NCBI GenBank assembly: GCA_965202985.1
Contig: CBDBCF010000002.1
Location: 384,001 to 448,000 of the forward strand
Direction of reading: 5' to 3'
From: Longimicrobiales bacterium
Lineage (GTDB): Bacteria > Gemmatimonadota > Gemmatimonadetes > Longimicrobiales > Gaopeijiaceae
DNA: 64,000 nucleotides
Shown here: positions 10,839 to 20,458 of the stretch, piece after piece
How the letters are laid out: every line of letters starts with the position of its first letter
How positions within the stretch are numbered: position 1 is the stretch's first letter
Translations under genes and position numbers: made by a program
The notes under the pieces: generated by a model
Databases searched by the model: none
Seen by the model: the letters and a program-made list of their open reading frames with translations, nothing else
What the model was told of the DNA's origin: nothing

Positions 10839-11891
10839 GTGGCCGGCTCCTCGCCCGGTCTGACGCTGGCCGACGCGGCTCGCGCGGCGGGCGGGCGCGT
10901 GGTGGGAGATGGCGTCGCCTCGTTCCGGCGGATCTCCCCGCTTCGGGACGCCGGACCCGAGGACTTGGCGTTCTTGGCCGACCGCCGCTACGCCTCCGAG
11001 CTTCCGCGATGCCGGGGCCGCGCGCTTCTCGTGTCCGAGGTGCTCTCCGCCTTGGAGGACGGCCCGGCCGACCGCCTGGTGGTGGCCGACCCCCACGCCG
11101 CCCTGGTTGCGCTTCTGCCGCTGCTGCACACGGCGCCTGTCCCCTGCCCGGGGGTTCACCCCACGGCGGTGATCGATCCCTCCGCGTCCGTGGCCCCGAC
11201 GGCGAGCATCGGCCCGCACATCGTCGTCGGAGCCGGCGCCGAGATCGGCGACAACGCCCGCCTGGGGGCCCACTGCGTGATCGGAGCCGGCGCGGTCGTC
11301 GGCCCGGACGCCACGCTCTTCCCGAACGTCACCCTCTACGCCGGCGTGGTCCTGGGTGCGCGTGCGATCGTGCACTCGGGCACGCGGATCGGCGTGGACG
11401 GCTTCGGCTACGTCCAGTCGGCGACGGGCCACCTCAAGATCCCCCAGACGGGCGAATGCGTCGTGGAGGACGACGTGGAGATCGGGGCGAACTGCACGAT
11501 CGACCGAGGTTCGATCGGGCGCACCGTCGTGGGGGCGGGCTCGAAGCTGGACAACTTGGTTCACGTCGCGCACAACGTGGAGATCGGTCCGCGGTCGATC
11601 CTGGTGGCCCAGGTCGGCGTCTCGGGCTCCACGCGCACGGGCGAGGGCGTGTCGATGGGGGGACAAGCGGGCTTGATCGGTCACCTGAAGATCGGCGCCG
11701 GCGCGCGGATCGCGGCCCAAGCCGGGGTGATCGGCGACGTGGCCCCTGGGCAGACCGTGTCGGGCTACCCCGCCCGAGATCACAGGACCTACCTGAAGGC
11801 CATGGCCAGACTGATGCAGCTGCCGGAGCTCGCCAAGCGCCTGCAACGGCTGGAGCGTCGCGTCTCGGGCAAGGGCGGCGGCCCGTCTTGA
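10839..11891 (+). CDS. lpxD: UDP-3-O-acyl-glucosamine N-acyltransferase
   Basis: Hexapeptide repeats, IGVDGFGY, EIGANCTIDRG, KLDNLVHVAHNV. Confidence 0.96.
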   Translation: MAGSSPGLTLADAARAAGGRVVGDGVASFRRISPLRDAGPEDLAFLADRRYASELPRCRGRALLVSEVLSALEDGPADRLVVADPHAALVALLPLLHTAPVPCPGVHPTAVIDPSASVAPTASIGPHIVVGAGAEIGDNARLGAHCVIGAGAVVGPDATLFPNVTLYAGVVLGARAIVHSGTRIGVDGFGYVQSATGHLKIPQTGECVVEDDVEIGANCTIDRGSIGRTVVGAGSKLDNLVHVAHNVEIGPRSILVAQVGVSGSTRTGEGVSMGGQAGLIGHLKIGAGARIAAQAGVIGDVAPGQTVSGYPARDHRTYLKAMARLMQLPELAKRLQRLERRVSGKGGGPS

Positions 11892-11907
11892 CGGTTACAT
11901 TGCCCTG

Positions 11908-13191
11908 ATGGCCCACGAGAACCAGCACACCGTCGCCCGCGAGATCGAGTTGCGGGGGATCGGCGTTCACTCCGGGCGGGAGAGCGCGCTCCGCATCAAG
12001 CCCGCTCCCGAGGGGACGGGGGTCGTATTTCGGCGCACGGACCTGCCGGGGAACCCCGAAGTGCCGGCCGAGCTCGAGTACGTGACGGGCACCGACCTGG
12101 GCACCAACCTGGGCGACGGGGACGCCGAGGTCTTGACGGTCGAGCACGTCTTGGCGGCCATGGCCGCGCTGGAGGTCGACAATGCGCTGCTGGAGCTGGA
12201 CGGCCCCGAGCCGCCGATCCTGGACGGCAGCTTCGCTCCGTACGTGGACGCCGTGCGCGAGGCGGGGCGGCAGCGCCAGGACGCTTTGGCTCGCGTGATC
12301 GAGGTGGAGTCCGTGGTGGCCGTCGAGAACGGGCAGGACTCGTCCTACGTGGCCTTGCCGCACGACCAGTACCGCATTTCGGCTACGATCGACTTCGATC
12401 ACGGGGCCATCGGTCGCCAGTACGGGGCGTTCGACATCGACGGGGAACAATTCAGCGACGGCCTGGCGCAGGCCCGCACCTTCGGCTTCGTGGCGGACGC
12501 CGAAACGCTGCGCGCCCGCGGGCTGGCCCTGGGCGCCTCGTTGGACAACACGGTGGTCCTGGACGACGCCGGCGTGCTGAACGCCGAGCTTCGCTTCCCG
12601 GACGAGTTCCTGCGCCACAAGGTGGGTGACCTGGTGGGCGACCTGGCCCTGATCGGCGGTCGCTTCCGAGGGCATGTCGTGGTCGAGCGCCCCAGCCACC
12701 GGGGCAACGTGGAGCTGGCCCGCGCCCTCCGCCGCCATCGCGACAGGCAGCAGGCCAGTCGGATCGATATCCGGCGGATCATGGAGTACCTGCCGCATCG
12801 CTACCCGATGCTGCTGGTGGATCGGATCGTCGAGTTCGATCCCGGCAAGCGCATCGTCGGCCTCAAGAACGTGACGATCAACGAACCCTTCTTCGGCGGA
12901 CACTTCCCCGGACACCCCATCATGCCGGGCGTTCTGGTCGTGGAGGCCATGGGCCAGGTCGGGGGACTCCTGCTCATGGACGCCGTGGACGACCCCGAGA
13001 ACAAGGTCGTCTACTTCATGTCCATGAGCGACGTGAAGTGGCGTCGACCGGTCACCCCGGGCGACCAGGTCCTCTTCGAGCTGGAGATGCTGAACCTGCG
13101 TCGTCGCGTCTGCAAGATGAAGGGAACGGGGACGGTAGACGGGCAGGTCGTGGCGGAGGCCGAGATGACGGCCAGGATCGTGGAACGTTGA
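11908..13191 (+). CDS. lpxC-fabZ: Bifunctional LpxC deacetylase / FabZ dehydratase fusion
   Basis: LpxC part: GIGVHSG, TVEHVLAA, RHKVGDLVGDL. FabZ part: LPHRYPMLLVD, FFGGHFPGHPIMPGVL. Confidence 0.96.
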   Translation: MAHENQHTVAREIELRGIGVHSGRESALRIKPAPEGTGVVFRRTDLPGNPEVPAELEYVTGTDLGTNLGDGDAEVLTVEHVLAAMAALEVDNALLELDGPEPPILDGSFAPYVDAVREAGRQRQDALARVIEVESVVAVENGQDSSYVALPHDQYRISATIDFDHGAIGRQYGAFDIDGEQFSDGLAQARTFGFVADAETLRARGLALGASLDNTVVLDDAGVLNAELRFPDEFLRHKVGDLVGDLALIGGRFRGHVVVERPSHRGNVELARALRRHRDRQQASRIDIRRIMEYLPHRYPMLLVDRIVEFDPGKRIVGLKNVTINEPFFGGHFPGHPIMPGVLVVEAMGQVGGLLLMDAVDDPENKVVYFMSMSDVKWRRPVTPGDQVLFELEMLNLRRRVCKMKGTGTVDGQVVAEAEMTARIVER

Positions 13192-13991
13192 AGCGGGCGG
13201 GCGCGACGGTCGAGATCAAGGTCCACGACACGGCGGTTGTCGACCCCGAGGCCGAAATGGGGCCGGCCGTCGAGATCGGTCCCTTCGCCGTGATCGGTCC
13301 GGGGGTGAAGATCGGCGCGGGCACGCGGATTGGCCCGCGGGTGCTGGTCGAACGCGACACCGTGCTGGGGACGGGTTGCCAGGTCGCGAACGGGGCGGTG
13401 CTCGGGACGGACCCGCAGGACATGAAGTACGAGGGCGAAGATACGCACCTCGAGGTCGGCGACCGGACGGTCATTCGCGAGTTCGCGACGCTCAACCGGG
13501 GGACGGCGGCCTCGGGCCGGACCGTAGTGGGCTCGGACTGCCTGCTCATGGCCTACAGCCACATCGCGCACGACTGCGAGCTGGGAAATCACGTCGTCGT
13601 CTCCAACGCCACCAACATGGCGGGACACGTGACGATCGGGGATTGGGCGATCGTGAGCGGGTTGGTGGCGATCCACCAGTTCGTTCGGATCGGGGCCCAT
13701 TCCTTCGTCGGAGGCGGCTCCCGCGTAGCCCAAGACGTGCCGCCCTACTGTCGGGCCGTGGGCAACCCCTCGGCCAAGCTCTACGGGCTCAACGCCGTGG
13801 GCCTGGAGCGTAGAGGGATCGAGACCGGCGTGCGCCGACGCCTCAAGCGGGCGTACCGCCTGCTCTTCCACTCGGGGTTGAACCTGACGCGGGCGGTCTC
13901 CCAAGCGGAGGAGGACGGAGACTTGGATTGCCCCGAGGTCCGCTACCTCCTCGACTTCATCCGAAACAGCACGCGCGGCATCGTCTCCTGA
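13188..13991 (+). CDS. lpxA: Acyl-ACP--UDP-N-acetylglucosamine O-acyltransferase
   Basis: PQDMKY, IREFATLNRGT, HIAHDC, HQFVRIG, QDVPPY. TTG start overlaps the upstream stop (TTGA). Confidence 0.96.
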   Translation: MKRAGATVEIKVHDTAVVDPEAEMGPAVEIGPFAVIGPGVKIGAGTRIGPRVLVERDTVLGTGCQVANGAVLGTDPQDMKYEGEDTHLEVGDRTVIREFATLNRGTAASGRTVVGSDCLLMAYSHIAHDCELGNHVVVSNATNMAGHVTIGDWAIVSGLVAIHQFVRIGAHSFVGGGSRVAQDVPPYCRAVGNPSAKLYGLNAVGLERRGIETGVRRRLKRAYRLLFHSGLNLTRAVSQAEEDGDLDCPEVRYLLDFIRNSTRGIVS

Positions 13992-15022
13992 GCGCCGAAC
14001 GCGACCTGGCCGCCGCGAACCAGCCTCGGATCGGCGTGGCCGGCGCCGGCGCACTGGGACGCCATCACGCCCGCGTGGTCCGGGACCTGCACGGCGTGAA
14101 GGCGGCGGGCGTCTTCGACAGCGATGCCGAGCGCGGGGCCGCCGTGGGCCGGGAGCTGGGCGTTCCCGCGCACCCCACATTGGACTCCCTGCTGGAGGCC
14201 AGCGACGGTGTGGTGGTCGCCGTCCCAACCCGAGCCCACGAGTCGGTGGCCCTGGCGGCGGCCCGCGTTGGGGTTCACGTATTCGTCGAGAAGCCGCTGG
14301 CGCCGGAGCTGGAAGCCGCCGGGCGGATCGCGAACGCGGCTGCGACGGCCGGCGTCGTGCTGCAGGTGGGACACGTGGAGCGGTTCAATCCGGCCGTGAG
14401 GGCCGCCCGTCCGTACCTGGAGCGACCTCTGTTCGTGGAGTCTCACCGGCTGTCGCCGTTCAGTCCGCGCTCCTTGGACGTGGCCGTGGTGCTGGACCTG
14501 ATGATCCACGACGTGGACTTGGTGGACAGCTTGGTCGGCCGCCCCGTCGCCTCGGTGGCGGCTACGGGCGTGCCGGTGCTCTCCCGCTACCCCGACATCG
14601 CCAACGCGCGCCTGGAGTTCCAGGGGGGCGCGGTCGCCAACTTGACGGCCAGCCGCGTATCGGTGCGCAAGGTGCGCAAGCTCCGAGTCTGGCAGCGTTC
14701 CGGCTACCTTTCGCTGGACTTGGCGGCCGGCCACGGAGAGTTCTACCGACTCAAGGACGGAGCGGGCGGGCTCGAAGGTCCGCGGCTTCCCGAGGGCGTT
14801 CCGTCGCTGGCCGGGCTGTCGGCGGTGGTGGAGCGCGTGCCGCTGCGGGGAGACGGCGTCGAGCCGCTGGCGGCGGAGCTGAGTTCGTTCCGGGACGCGG
14901 TGCTGGGGCTGGCGCCGCCGCCGGTTACGGGGCAGGATGGGCGGAGGGCCTTGGAGCTGGCCCTCGCCATCGAGCACCAGATCGAGGAACATGTCGCTGA
15001 TACGCGTTCGCCGACGTCGTAA
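13988..15022 (+). CDS. Gfo/Idh/MocA oxidoreductase, GnnA-like (candidate UDP-GlcNAc 3-dehydrogenase)
   Basis: Rossmann RIGVAGAGALG, VFVEKP, GHVERFNPA, DLMIHDVD. Lies between lpxA and lpxB. Start uncertain; CTG overlapping the lpxA stop is proposed. Confidence 0.85.
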   Translation: MSAERDLAAANQPRIGVAGAGALGRHHARVVRDLHGVKAAGVFDSDAERGAAVGRELGVPAHPTLDSLLEASDGVVVAVPTRAHESVALAAARVGVHVFVEKPLAPELEAAGRIANAAATAGVVLQVGHVERFNPAVRAARPYLERPLFVESHRLSPFSPRSLDVAVVLDLMIHDVDLVDSLVGRPVASVAATGVPVLSRYPDIANARLEFQGGAVANLTASRVSVRKVRKLRVWQRSGYLSLDLAAGHGEFYRLKDGAGGLEGPRLPEGVPSLAGLSAVVERVPLRGDGVEPLAAELSSFRDAVLGLAPPPVTGQDGRRALELALAIEHQIEEHVADTRSPTS

Positions 15023-15125
15023 GCGGGAGTGGATCGACGCCAGAAAGGGGAAGTCCCCGGGCGCCCTGGTCGTCCTCCTGGTCGTGGTCGTCGTGGCCAT
15101 GTGGCTCCTTGGGCGGGCCTTCTGA
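14991..15125 (+). CDS. 44-aa small membrane protein (basic N-terminus + one TM helix)
   Basis: MSLIRVRRRRKREWIDARKGKSPGALVVLLVVVVVAMWLLGRAF. GAGG precedes the ATG. Fills the gap before lpxB. Confidence 0.6.
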   Translation: MSLIRVRRRRKREWIDARKGKSPGALVVLLVVVVVAMWLLGRAF

Positions 15126-16311
15126 CGGGGCGGTCGCCGCACCCGGCGCCTCGTCTCCTCCGCTTCGCAACGTCTTGATCCTGGCCGGCGAGGCCTCGGG
15201 AGACGCCCACGGCGCGGCTGTGGCCCGGGAGATGCGCCGTCGCTGGCCCCGCGTGGAGATGACGGGGACGGGGGGACCCCGGATGGCCGCCGAGGGCGTG
15301 CGCCTGCTGGAAGGGCTGGAGGAGCTGGCCGTCATGGGCTTCGCCGAGGTGGCCAGGAAGCTGCGCTTCTTTCGCCGGCTGGAAGGGCGCCTCCGACGGC
15401 GCCTGGTGCGCGGCGCGACCGACCTGGTGGTGCCCGTCGACTACCCGGGCTTGAATATGCGGGTGGCCGCCGCGGCCGCCGCCCGGGGGGTGCCGGTGCT
15501 CTACTACGTGGGACCCCAGGTGTGGGCCTGGAAGCAGGGGCGGGCAAGACGGCTGGCGCGGACGGCCGATCGGATCGCCCTGATCCTGCCGTTCGAGCCC
15601 CGGTTCTACGAGGCGCACGGCGGACGCGCCGTCTTCGTCGGGCACCCCCTCCTGGACCACGACAGCGTCGTCGCGGACCCCAAGGCGCTGGCTCGACGGT
15701 TGGGCGTCGGCCCGAACTGCCGGGTCCTGGCCCTGTTTCCCGGGTCGCGGCCCCAAGAGATCGAGCGGCATCGGCAGCCGTTCGCGGCGACGGCCCGCGA
15801 GCTCGAACGGCGCGTGCCCGGGCTCCGAACCGTCGTGTGCAGGGCGCCGTCCGTGTCCGCGGACGCCTATCGGCGCTACCCGTTTCCCCTGACGCGGGAC
15901 GGCGCTTCCCTTCGGGCGCTGGCGACCGCCGGGCTGGTCAAGTCGGGCACCAGTACCCTGGAAGCGGCGCTCGCGGGGCTGCCCTTCGTGGTGGCTTACG
16001 TCACGCACCCCGCGACGTGGATGGTCGCACGACGGCTGGTCGACGTCCCCCACGTGGCCCTGGCCAATCTGGCGGCGGGCAAGCGGGTCGTCCCCGAGTT
16101 CCTCCAGTCTGAGGCGGTCCCCGGCGCCATGGCCGCGGCCCTGCAGCCGCTGCTGGACGAGTCTTCGCCGGAGCGGCGGTCCATGCTGGCCGGGCTGGCG
16201 TCGGTCCGGAAGGCGCTGGGCGAGCCGGGGGCCGCGGCGCGAGTGGTGGACTTGGCGGAAGACATCCTCCGGGAGCGCGACGAGCGGTCCCGTGCGCGAA
16301 GCCGCCCGTGA
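15109..16311 (+). CDS. lpxB: Lipid-A-disaccharide synthase
   Basis: AGEASGD, VDYPGLN, PQVWAW, FVGHPL, FPGSR, KSGTSTLE. Start approximate. Confidence 0.95.
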   Translation: MGGPSDGAVAAPGASSPPLRNVLILAGEASGDAHGAAVAREMRRRWPRVEMTGTGGPRMAAEGVRLLEGLEELAVMGFAEVARKLRFFRRLEGRLRRRLVRGATDLVVPVDYPGLNMRVAAAAAARGVPVLYYVGPQVWAWKQGRARRLARTADRIALILPFEPRFYEAHGGRAVFVGHPLLDHDSVVADPKALARRLGVGPNCRVLALFPGSRPQEIERHRQPFAATARELERRVPGLRTVVCRAPSVSADAYRRYPFPLTRDGASLRALATAGLVKSGTSTLEAALAGLPFVVAYVTHPATWMVARRLVDVPHVALANLAAGKRVVPEFLQSEAVPGAMAAALQPLLDESSPERRSMLAGLASVRKALGEPGAAARVVDLAEDILRERDERSRARSRP

Positions 16312-17324
16312 ACGGCGGCGGCCTTGGGATGCGCGTGTCCGACCTTTGGTTCGCGGAGGGTGGGCCGCGCACAGGGATGGCCGCGCTGGCACCGGCCGAG
16401 GCCGCGTTTCGCTTGGCCGCCGCCGCCCGCAACGCCTGGCACGATCGCCGCCGCCCGGCGTCCCCGCCGTTGCCGGTCGTCTCCGTGGGCAACTTGACCG
16501 TGGGCGGCACGGGGAAGACCCCGGTCGTGCGCTGGATCCGGGACTGGCTGACGGGGCAAGGCGTCCGCATCGCGGTCGTGAGCCGGGGCTACGGCGACGA
16601 CGAAGTCGCCCTCTACCGCCGCTGGTTCGGCGCGGAGTCCGTGTTCGCTGGACCGGACCGGATTGCGAGCGTGCGCTTGGCCCGAGCGGCAGGTCATCGG
16701 CTGGCGATCTTGGACGACGGATTCCAGCACCGGCGGCTGGCCCGCGACATGGACGTTCTGCTGGTGGCCGCGGAAGACCCCATGCCGGTTCGCCTTCTGC
16801 CCCGCGGTCCCTACCGGGAGCCGCTGTCCTCGGCGCGTCGGGCCGGACACGTCTTGCTGACCCGTCGGGTCGCAGCGGCCGACGGGACGCGAGCTTGGAG
16901 GCGGGCGCTGTCGCGAGAGGCGCCGGGCGTGCCCGTGACGGAGGCGAAGATGGAGATGGGAGGATGGACGGACCTGGCGGGCGAGCCGACCGCGCCTCCC
17001 GCGAGCGACGTGCTGGCGGTTTGCGCCGTCGGCCGGCCCCGGGCCTTTGCGTCGGGGCTTCGGCGCCTCCTGCCGAACTTCACCGTCGAGCTGGCCGCCT
17101 TTCGCGACCATCACGCCTACGGCCCTCGCGACGTGGCGGCCCTGCTGACCCGGAAAGCCGACCGCCGGATCGTCTGCACGTCCAAGGACGCGGTAAAGCT
17201 GGCGCGCTTCCCACAGATAATTCCGCACTGCACGGTGGTGGGGTTTCGGGTCGCGGGGCAGCCGGAGGGTCCGTTGCGGGAAGCCCTTGCCGCTCTGGCG
17301 GAGTCCGCGTGCTCGTCTCGGTAG
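16308..17324 (+). CDS. lpxK: Tetraacyldisaccharide 4'-kinase
   Basis: VSVGNLTVGGTGKTP, SRGYG, LDDGFQHRRLARD, LLPRGPYREP, FRDHH. Confidence 0.94.
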   Translation: MNGGGLGMRVSDLWFAEGGPRTGMAALAPAEAAFRLAAAARNAWHDRRRPASPPLPVVSVGNLTVGGTGKTPVVRWIRDWLTGQGVRIAVVSRGYGDDEVALYRRWFGAESVFAGPDRIASVRLARAAGHRLAILDDGFQHRRLARDMDVLLVAAEDPMPVRLLPRGPYREPLSSARRAGHVLLTRRVAAADGTRAWRRALSREAPGVPVTEAKMEMGGWTDLAGEPTAPPASDVLAVCAVGRPRAFASGLRRLLPNFTVELAAFRDHHAYGPRDVAALLTRKADRRIVCTSKDAVKLARFPQIIPHCTVVGFRVAGQPEGPLREALAALAESACSSR

Positions 17325-17773
17325 TCGCCGTGGGAAAGCCCGGCCCCCTGGCGCCGGCGATCCGCGAGTACGAGGCCCGCGCCGCCCGCTACTGGAAGTT
17401 CGCCGCCGTCCAGGTGCCGGCCGCCCAAGGCAAGACCGCCGCCGAAGTGCTGCGGCGAGAGGGCCAAGCGATCCGCGGGCGCCTGCGGCCGGGGCTGGTC
17501 CGCGTGGCCGTCGCGCGCTCGGGTCGTCCGTGGTCGTCTCGCGAGCTCGCGCGCTGGTTGGGCCGGCTGGCCTCGGGGCCGGAGCCCGGCGTCCACTTCC
17601 TGGTCGGCGGCGCTTTCGGCCTGGAGGAAGAACTGCGCCGGGAGTGCCGTCGCCAGCTGTCGCTTTCGTCGCTGACGCTGCCTCGCGACCTTGCTCGGTT
17701 GGTCTTGGCCGAACAGCTCTACAGGGCAGGCACCCTTCTGAGAAACGAGCCCTACCACAAGGGAGTCGAATGA
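17309..17773 (+). CDS. rlmH: 23S rRNA (pseudouridine1915-N3)-methyltransferase
   Basis: VAVGK, FLVGGAFGL, LSLSSLTLP, EQLYRA...PYHK. Confidence 0.92.
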   Translation: MLVSVVAVGKPGPLAPAIREYEARAARYWKFAAVQVPAAQGKTAAEVLRREGQAIRGRLRPGLVRVAVARSGRPWSSRELARWLGRLASGPEPGVHFLVGGAFGLEEELRRECRRQLSLSSLTLPRDLARLVLAEQLYRAGTLLRNEPYHKGVE

Positions 17774-18531
17774 CGCGAGAAGGGACTGGAACGCGTCGCG
17801 CGCCATGGTTCCGCGACTGGTTCGGGAGCGAGTACTTGGCCCTGTACCCGCACCGGGACGGCGCCGAGGCCCGTCGGGCCGTGGAGATGCTCAGGAAGGC
17901 CACGGGCCGCGGGCCGGGCGCGCGCGTGCTGGACTTGGCTTGCGGCGCCGGTCGCCACTTGGCCGAGCTGCGGCGCGTGGGCTACGCGTCCGCAGGGCTC
18001 GACCTGTCGTTCCGCCTGCTGGACGCCGCACGCGATCGGGCCCAAGGCGCGCCGTTGGTCCGGGGCGACATGAGGAGCCTGCCGTTTCGGGCCGAAGCCT
18101 TCGACGTGGTCGCTTCGTACTTCACGTCGTTCGGGTACTTCGAGGACGAAGAGGGCGACCTGCGCGTGCTGGCCGAGGTCCGCAGGGTGCTGGCGGCGGG
18201 CGGCGCCTTTCTCCTGGACTTCATGAACGCGGACGCTGTCGTGGAGAACCTTCGGCGCGAAGACCGGCGAACGGTCTCGGGGGTCGCGGTGGTGCAGGAA
18301 CGGCGCTTGGTGGAGGGCGGGCGTGTCGTGGAGAAGCGCATCAGAATCGGCGCCGGGGTAGGGACCCCGGAGCGCGCGTTCGTGGAAAGGGTCCGCCTCT
18401 ACGGACCTGCCGAACTGACCTCCATGATGGCCCGGGTCGGCTTGGCGTCCAGCGCCGTCTTCGGCGGCTACGACCTGTCTCCGTTCGGCTCGCGGTCGCC
18501 CCGCTGCATCGTCTTGGCGGAGGCGCGCTGA
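17770..18531 (+). CDS. Class I SAM-dependent methyltransferase (candidate bacillithiol N-methyltransferase)
   Basis: VLDLACGAGRH, GDMRSLPF, FTSFGYF. N-terminal WFRDWFGSEYLALYPHRD. Ends 1 nt before bshC. Confidence 0.88.
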   Translation: MTREGTGTRRAPWFRDWFGSEYLALYPHRDGAEARRAVEMLRKATGRGPGARVLDLACGAGRHLAELRRVGYASAGLDLSFRLLDAARDRAQGAPLVRGDMRSLPFRAEAFDVVASYFTSFGYFEDEEGDLRVLAEVRRVLAAGGAFLLDFMNADAVVENLRREDRRTVSGVAVVQERRLVEGGRVVEKRIRIGAGVGTPERAFVERVRLYGPAELTSMMARVGLASSAVFGGYDLSPFGSRSPRCIVLAEAR

Positions 18532-18532
18532 C

Positions 18533-20128
18533 GTGGACGTCGTGTCGAGGCCGCTGGACGGGCCGAAGCTGGTCCGGGACTTTCTGGCGGGAGAAGCGTC
18601 GGCCGCCCCGTTCTATGAAGCGTCTCCGTTCGCGCCGGATTCATACCGCCGCAAAGCCGCCTCGCTGGCTTCGGATGCCCGCGAGCGAGCCCGCGACGCG
18701 GCGGCGCTGGTCGAACCGGGAAGCCCCTCGAGCAAGGCCCTGTTGCGGGACGTCGCGCGCTCGGGCGGCTACTTCGTGACCACGGGTCAGCAGCCGGGCC
18801 TCTTCGGCGGTCCCCTCTACGGACTCTACAAGGCGCTGGCCGCCGTGCGCCTGGCGGAGGACCTGGGCCGTCTCCTGGACAAGCCCGTCATGCCGCTCTT
18901 CTGGATCGCGTCGGACGATCACGACTGGGAAGAAGCGGGTCGCGCCTACGCCTTGGACGGTGCCAATCGGCTTCGCCGCCTGGAGCTGGGCCGCCCCGGA
19001 CGCGGACCGGGCCGGCGCTCGCTGGCCGAGACGCCGATGGGAGAGGGCCTGGAGGAGGCCGTGGCTGGCTTAGCAGACGCCTTTCCCCCAAACGACTTCC
19101 GGGAGCACTGGTTGAGCCAGGTGCGGCTGGCCTACCGGCCCGGCGCGACTCTGCCGGCGGCGTTCCGGCGCTTCATGGGAACGCTGTTGCACGACACGCC
19201 CTTGGGGTGGGTGGACGCCGGCGACCCCCGAGTCAAGGCGGCGTCGCGTCCGCTGCTCGAAGCCGAGGCCGAAGACCCGGCGGCGAGCGAGGCCGCGCTG
19301 GCGGAGACTGTGGCCGCCTTGAGCGCCGCGGGCTACGGGCTGCAGGTCCCCTTGATCCCGGGCGCAGCCAACCTGTTGGTCCACGCGCCGGACGGACGGG
19401 ACAGGCTGGAGCGGGCCGGCGCGGGGTTCCGACTTCGCGGCGCGGGGCGCGAGCTCTCGGAGGGGCGCGTGCTGCAACTGATCGCCGCGGACCCCTGCGC
19501 AGTGTCGGCCAACGTCTTGCTGCGGCCGGTGGTCGAAAGCTTCCTCTTTCCGACGCTGGCATACGTGGGCGGCCCCGGCGAGCTGGCCTACTTCGGCCAA
19601 CTGCGGGGCCTGTTCCAGCGCCACGGGGTCGGGATGCCGGTCGCGACGCCGCGCGCGTCTCTGCTGGTGGTGGAAGCCAAGGTGGCGAAGGCGATGGAGG
19701 CGCTGGGCGTCGAACCCGCCGACCTCAAGGACCGGGACGGACTCTTGGCCCGCTTCGCAAGACAGGATATGCCCCCGGCCGTGGAAGCGGCTGGGAAGCG
19801 CTGGAGGGACGAGGTGCATTCGGCGTCGGAGGAGCTGACGGCTGCCGTCGCCGGGGTCGATCGGACGCTGGAAGGCGCGACTAAGACGGCGCGAAACGCC
19901 AGCCTTGCGGCTCTCGCGGCTCTCGACAAGAAGATCGTGCGCGCCTTGAAGCGCCGGAACGAGACCGCGCGCGACCGGATCGACAAGGCTCGCGCCAACC
20001 TTTGGCCCGCTGGCAAGCCGCAGGATCGGATCTTCGGACCGCTCCAGTACCTCGTGCGCTATGGTTCCGGGTTCGTGGACCTGGTCCGCCGGCGTCTGCA
20101 GGTGGCCTCAAGCGACTGGAAGGAGTAG
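18533..20128 (+). CDS. bshC: Bacillithiol biosynthesis cysteine-adding enzyme
   Basis: VTTGQQPGLFGGPLY, FWIASDDHD, SANVLLRPV, YVGGPGELAYFGQL, PQDR. Confidence 0.94.
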   Translation: MDVVSRPLDGPKLVRDFLAGEASAAPFYEASPFAPDSYRRKAASLASDARERARDAAALVEPGSPSSKALLRDVARSGGYFVTTGQQPGLFGGPLYGLYKALAAVRLAEDLGRLLDKPVMPLFWIASDDHDWEEAGRAYALDGANRLRRLELGRPGRGPGRRSLAETPMGEGLEEAVAGLADAFPPNDFREHWLSQVRLAYRPGATLPAAFRRFMGTLLHDTPLGWVDAGDPRVKAASRPLLEAEAEDPAASEAALAETVAALSAAGYGLQVPLIPGAANLLVHAPDGRDRLERAGAGFRLRGAGRELSEGRVLQLIAADPCAVSANVLLRPVVESFLFPTLAYVGGPGELAYFGQLRGLFQRHGVGMPVATPRASLLVVEAKVAKAMEALGVEPADLKDRDGLLARFARQDMPPAVEAAGKRWRDEVHSASEELTAAVAGVDRTLEGATKTARNASLAALAALDKKIVRALKRRNETARDRIDKARANLWPAGKPQDRIFGPLQYLVRYGSGFVDLVRRRLQVASSDWKE

Positions 20129-20137
20129 GTTTCCCTC

Positions 20138-20434
20138 ATGTTGTTCACGGTGGTCGTCCTGGTCCTGTTGATCCCCATCTTGGCGATCGTCCTGGATTCC
20201 CAGGTCGGCAAAGCCATCGCCGCCAGGTTGGAACGAAGGAACCTGGGCGCCGGCGAACCGGGCTCGCACGAGCGGCTGGCCCATCTGGAAGGCGAAGTCG
20301 AGCGCCTGGGCCGCGAGGTGGAGCGCTTGGACGAAGAGGGCCGCTTCCTTCAGAAGCTCTTGGCGGGCCGAACTCGGGACGACGCCCAGCCGCCCGGCGA
20401 CGCCAACGGGTCCGCCCGCGACTCCGGGTCCTGA
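20138..20434 (+). CDS. Small membrane-anchored coiled-coil hypothetical protein
   Basis: N-terminal TM followed by heptad region LEGEVERLGREVERLDEE. GGAG precedes the ATG. Confidence 0.75.
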   Translation: MLFTVVVLVLLIPILAIVLDSQVGKAIAARLERRNLGAGEPGSHERLAHLEGEVERLGREVERLDEEGRFLQKLLAGRTRDDAQPPGDANGSARDSGS

Positions 20435-20458
20435 CCGCCGGCCGACCGGCGCTTCGCG

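Noticed and set aside
11908..13191. LpxC-FabZ fusion as a novelty
   Set aside because: Well known in Bacteroidota, Chlorobiota and related phyla.
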